From NCBI GenBank assembly GCA_036785375.1, contig JAWMAR010000201.1, positions 1,798,001-1,862,000 on the forward strand: a DNA stretch of 64,000 nucleotides, written 5' to 3'. The DNA is from Leucoraja ocellata (taxonomy: Eukaryota). The notes under the pieces are model-generated. The model did not search any database. It had not been told where the DNA came from and saw nothing but the letters and a program-made list of their open reading frames with translations. The stretch's first letter is position 1, and each line of letters starts with the position of its first letter. Position numbers and translations under genes: made by a program. This document shows, in pieces, positions 54,501 through 60,500 of this stretch.

Positions 54501-57500
54501 AGAAAACAATAACCATACGTGAACTGAGAACCAATTAAAAAAGGGGGAGGCAAAGTGATGTTGACAAAATATTGTATGATACGAGCCTTGATCACTGCAG
54601 AGAATCTTCTAAGGATTTATATGCCGAAGTATTGGAATATGGTAGGGTGGGTGGCGTGAGGTACAAATGAGGAAACATGAAGTTCCCTCATGATTGGGTC
54701 GCTGAATCTCACTATTTGTTTTCAGAACTGGAAAATGTTACAAAAAATCTTCAAAGCACAGGTGAGTGGAAAGTTTCTGTATCACAACTCACTTGTTATC
54801 ACACAATATGATTACTACACACACATACGTCACTTTGTTTTGCATATAGATAGCTTAAGACATTAACGACAGACAGAGTCGAGGATAGAGGAGACATTTG
54901 CCACTTAAAAAGCCAATGATGGAAGGATTGTCTGGAATCCCACAAAACGCATCCCAATTCTGCAAGCCAGCCATATGTGTGCAAGAATGTGAAATACCCA
55001 AACATGGCGACAAATGTCAGTATAGGATGTCCACCTCTTTACAATTATGGGCTCATCATAATGTCCGTGTGGAGAGACGTACATCTAAATTTCCCTTCTG
55101 CTCCAGGGAAGACGTGGTCGAAATAAAAGCCATGTATTTGAATTAAGAGAAAGGATCGAGAGAGAGATGAACATTGAACTAAATTTGCATTTCCGCACCG
55201 TTTTAAACTTCCTTTGTGCGCTTTATGAGCTCGAATGTATATTTTTTGCGTTTATTTCCATGTTGCTATTTCAAAAGTTTGATATTTAATGGATTCTAAT
55301 TCCTGATTTTCTTCCTGATCATAGCAACATGCAGATACCCCATCGCCATTATATATCGTTTCCATTATCCCAAATCTGTCTGAAGAAGGGAATCGACCCG
55401 AACCGTCACCCATTCTTTCTCTTCAGAAATGCTGCCTGTTCCGCTGAGTTACTCCGGTTTTAAACCAGCATCTGCAGTTCCTTCCTGTCAATGTCTTGAT
55501 GGGTTGACAAATTGATTGATCGGAGATATCGCTTGGTCTCCAGTCACAGATCTTTCAGCATTTTTGCGGTGGTTTCTTCTCAGATATTGCATACAGTGAC
55601 AACTAGTTGGCAAGAATGCAGCGATTGACAGCTCAAACGTTCCGGGAGTCACGAGTTATCAACCCGACAAATAACGTTTTTTAGAGATGAACCAACAGAT
55701 GTCTTAAATGGGACAGCACGTATCAGGTGTCGGGCATGGCTACACGCACAGAAAGCGATATTTATAAGGATATGAACCGCTCAATATATACGAGTCATTA
55801 TAGATAATTTTAATTATTGTTAGAACGGGCATAGGTAGGCCGTTAAACGCCTCAACGACCTGAAAAATGGCATCTCAAACGCAAAATTTGGATTCGGAGG
55901 AAATGTTATTCCTCGGAGATAACATCATATATTAGGACCGAGGCAATAGTAGAGACGAGAATTCGTGAAGTCGCTGACTTCTGGGGAATCATGTGGCGCC
56001 ATCTTTAGGCCCAGCCTCTTTGGTCTCGAACTTTCGTTGGTTGAGCTCGAGCTCTCGCGTGAACTGGCGTGACCTGGGCCGAGCAATGAACGCCGATCTG
56101 TGTGGTCAGCTGACAGGGTGCAGGAGACGGAGCTGGACTAATATTAAACTGAGTGTTTAAATATTAGACGAGTGTTTATACAACACGTGAACCTCGTTCA
56201 CTATGCACATACTATGTTCAGATTTCCGCAAATCCAGAATGCTGCATTATTGATCATGTTACGAAGGAGAATATGCTCTAAGTTTTCCGGGTAGTAAAAT
56301 TCGTCAATGTCATATGTAGTTCTGAGGTTCAGGCTTTCTTTCTTACAATGACCGGGTAATGTTTCGATCCCTGGTAGTTTGAGTAACGCGCCTCCAAAGA
56401 ACCAATTATGTGATCTGACACATTTACGAACCGCATACTGATATAAAAGTTATCCTAATCTTGGAAAGACACAACATTCGAAGGCCGTTGATATTTCTAG
56501 CTATGCGTGCCCTTTTCAGTTACGTTCAACTGTAAATAATATTGATCAGCTGCCATTACTAGAAACCGTCAAATACTGTTAACATGTTTTGCAGAAAAGC
56601 TATATCAAGATAAGCAACGAAGTAAAGAAAAGGGTGATTACAATTCAGATTTTGGAACACGGTTGCTTGGACCATGTAAATTAGCTTTAATCGTGCTCTC
56701 TGTTTTTCGATTAGATTTACAAAAAGTAAAATATTTTTCCGTGGTATCGTATAGTCCTACACCTATTGTTCGAAGTTTCGGACATTGTCCTCTGCTATGA
56801 TACGCACACAAGATCGGAGAAAGAGAAGCATATGTACACCGTTGGAAACCCTGTATCTAAGCCACTAATGAAAAAGCAACGTCAGAACTTCTCACTGATC
56901 AATTTCCAACACTATCCCTCTATCACGTGATTCCCTGAATATTCACGTACCTGTCAGTCTCGGTCTTAAATATGCTGAGTGGTTGAACCTCCGCAGATAT
57001 CTTGGCGGGAGGGGAGGAACACCAAAATTGCAATATCGCTTCTTACCTCTGCTTGGAATACCCGTCAGATAATTCGAGACCCTCACAAAATATCACAAAA
57101 ATTCCTCAATTGATCCCTCGTTCCACCTCTGCTACTACATTTAGACCATGATCGTGCTTCGCTTCATCCACAACCCCGTTCCCACACCATCGTCCCCCAC
57201 ACCCCCCCTCCAACACACACCCCCTTCCCCACATACCTCCCTTCCCCACGTACCCCCTTGCTCACATACCCCCTTCCCCACATACCCCCTTCCCCACACC
57301 CTACCTTCCCCACACACCCCCTTCGCCACACCCTCCTGCCCCAACACCCCCATTCCCAACACAACCCCTCCCCACACACCCTCTTCCCCACGCCTCCTTC
57401 CCCACGCCCCCCATTCCCACATTCCCCCATCCCCAACCCACTTCCCTACATCCCCCCCTCTACAACCCCCCCCCCTTCCCTACACACCACCCTTCCCAAC

Positions 57501-60500
57501 ACCCCCTTCCCCTAATATCCCCTTCCGCACCCCACCCCACCCCCCTGCACCACACCCTTCCCCACACCCCACATTCCCCACACATCCCCCTTCGCCACAC
57601 CGCCCCTTCCCCACGCCCCCATTCCCCACGTAACCATTCCCGCCACACCCCCTATCCCACACCCCACATTCCCACCCTCCCCATTCCCCACACAACCCCT
57701 TCCCCACACCCCTCCCCTTCCCAACCCCACCCCATTCCCCACACCCCCCTCCCCACAACCACCCTTCCCCAAACACCCCCTTCCCCACCCTCCTTCACCA
57801 CACCCTTGCTTCCCCACGCCCACCTTTGCCACACCCCCCTCGCCCTTGCCACACATCCACTTCCCCACACACACCCTTCCCCACACACCCCTCTCCCCAC
57901 ACACCTCCCTCCCCGCACAACCCCCTTCCCCACACACCCCCTTCCCACCACATCCAACGGGTCCCACTTAGTCTAGTTTACCTTTAAGTTCGTGATAATC
58001 TAGTGTAATATTAAAATAATAGAACTCCTATGGCTATCATCCAGCATTTATCAAGTTCATGTAAATGCTTACGTTTCAATAGCACTGCAAATCCAGAGAG
58101 AAGGTAATCTCATTGCCCATTATATCATATCCTTTATTGCGTGAAAATTACTCAATATTTTGGGTATCATACAACGATGGAAAATATCCCCAATTGTTTT
58201 CATTACATTGAGAAGTGTTACAAGGTCATGGAATGCGAAATATTAAACACGTGTTCTTGATTTCCTTTCTCCAGAATTAGAAAACGTGTCAAAAAAACTC
58301 AATGATTGTGGTAGGTTGCAAAGATTGCCTTTCTGGTGGCAATAGAAACATAGAAACATAGAAAATAGGTGCAGGAGTAGGCTATTCGGCCCTTCGAGCC
58401 TGCACCGCCATTCAATATGATCATGGCTGTTCATCCATAGACTTGACTATTGTCAGAAAATTGGCTCAAGAACCTAATCTGGATCCCTACAAACCGAACC
58501 GAGCTGCGCATGATCGAGAAATAGACCACCTCTTTTATCTCCAAAGGTTGGCCGATTGTGTTTACGAGCAGGGTGACTGTATAAATTCCTTACCCTATTT
58601 AAAAATAGATCTCAATTTTAATCTTCCGATGCTTCGGCGTTCATTCATCGTGTGTCAATCAAAGGGAAGTTGGAAGGTTTTCCATACATTGTTTGGATAT
58701 GACAGATTTACTGTGATGAATACTTGCTCTAATTCTGCTAAACCTGCTTTTCCAGAACAAAACATGTCTGCGAAGGAGAAAGGTGAGCGCAATTAATTGA
58801 TTCAATCTGATTGCGTTATCTGAAAAATAGAACACTTCCGCTCTGTCCGCCATGGCCTACCATGGTCTTCGCTCCTTAGATGCTGCTGCACCCGCTGAGT
58901 TTCTCCAGCTGTTTTGTGTACCTATGGCCTACCTGATGCCTGGTTGTTAAGTATTTTAACCTCCTTTTCCATCCCCATATTGATGTTTCTGTCCCAGCCC
59001 TCCTCCTTTGCGCGAGTGAGGCCATACGCAAAATGGGAGGAACAGAAGCACACCCACCCTCCCCCCACCCCCGCCCGCTTTCTTCAACCTTCCCCTCTGC
59101 CCAACATAGACCCGAGCCTTGGCCTGTTTTCACGATTGACCTGCCATGCTTTATCCTGTCCCTCTTCTCTTATAGCTGTCTCTTCCCCTCCTCCCAATAT
59201 CATCTCAATCACGGTCTCGACCCGAAACGTCACTTAACCATGAGTTATTGCGGCACCTTGCGTCTTTTTGTTAAGATAATAGAAAATGGATGTTGTACAC
59301 CTCAATTTGTGATAATGACGCATAAAGCACGGAAATAAGTCCAATGGTTTATTATGTCCGTGGTGGACATCATTTACAGCATTAACTGATATCAATCTAA
59401 TTGTCCAGCCATAGATTCTACAAACGGCCATGACGTGATCTCTCAAGAACACGCAGAATGTCACATGGTCTGATTGTAGCACTGATGAGAGGAAACCGGA
59501 ATATGTTATCTCGAAGACGATTATTTGAAATAACATTTGACCTGAGTGGCCATCAATACACCGATTTGTAAAAAGTAATAACGCTTCGCCAACTGGTATC
59601 TGATTTTAAAAAAAGGAAAGCAAATCAATGTACCCGAAATATAGCATGGTACGAGCCATGATCCCTGCACGTAACCTTGGAATGATTTAGATGCCTAAGT
59701 ACTTGAATATGACACATAGGTTAGAGAAATATACGAATGGGCGATAATAATGTCGACTGAGATACACTCTGGAATTTAGAAGGATGAGAGGTGGTCTTAT
59801 TGAAACATAAGATTACTAAGGGTTTGGACACGCAGGAGGCAGGAAGAGGCGGTAGAGGCAGGAGATATGTTGGAGGAGTCCAGAACCAGGGGCCACAGTT
59901 TAAGAATAAGGGATAATCCATTTAGAATGGCGATGAGGAAACACAATTTCACACAGAGAGTTGTGAGTCTGTGGAATTCTCTGTCTCTGAGAGCGATGGA
60001 GGCTGGTTCTCTGGATGCTTTCAAGAGAGAGCTAGACAGAACTCTTAAAGATACCGGAGTCAATGGATATGGGGAGAAGGCAGGAACGCGGTACTGATAG
60101 TGGATGATCACCTGGAATGGCGGTGCTGGCTCGAGTGGCCGAATGGTCTACCCCTGTACCAATTGTCTATTGTCTATATTGAGCTCGAACAATAGAAAAT
60201 GATTTGCTTGCTGAATATCACTTAATTTTCTCAGAACTGGAAAATGTTAAAACTAATCTTCGAAACTCAGGTGAGTGAAAAGTTAGTCCATCACAAATGA
60301 TATGTTATAAATTATTCTAATTACTAAACAGACCTAAGTCATTTATGTTAGCTTATAGATGGTTTATGGCATGAACTACTGTATTTCTTAAAAATACGCG
60401 AGTTGTAGAGAATATGGGTAATATTTCCCACATACACACCTAATGATGGGATTGTCATCTGATAACATAATGAATGCATGTCATGCAGGCATTTGGCTTA

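Larger units (their letters stand above)
54700..57151 (+). repeat. Duplication unit B, copy 1 (exons 27-28); copy 2 at ~60210-64000+
   Basis: 54700-55335 aligns by eye to 60210-60895, and 56190-57151 to 63075-63998. Confidence 0.85.
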
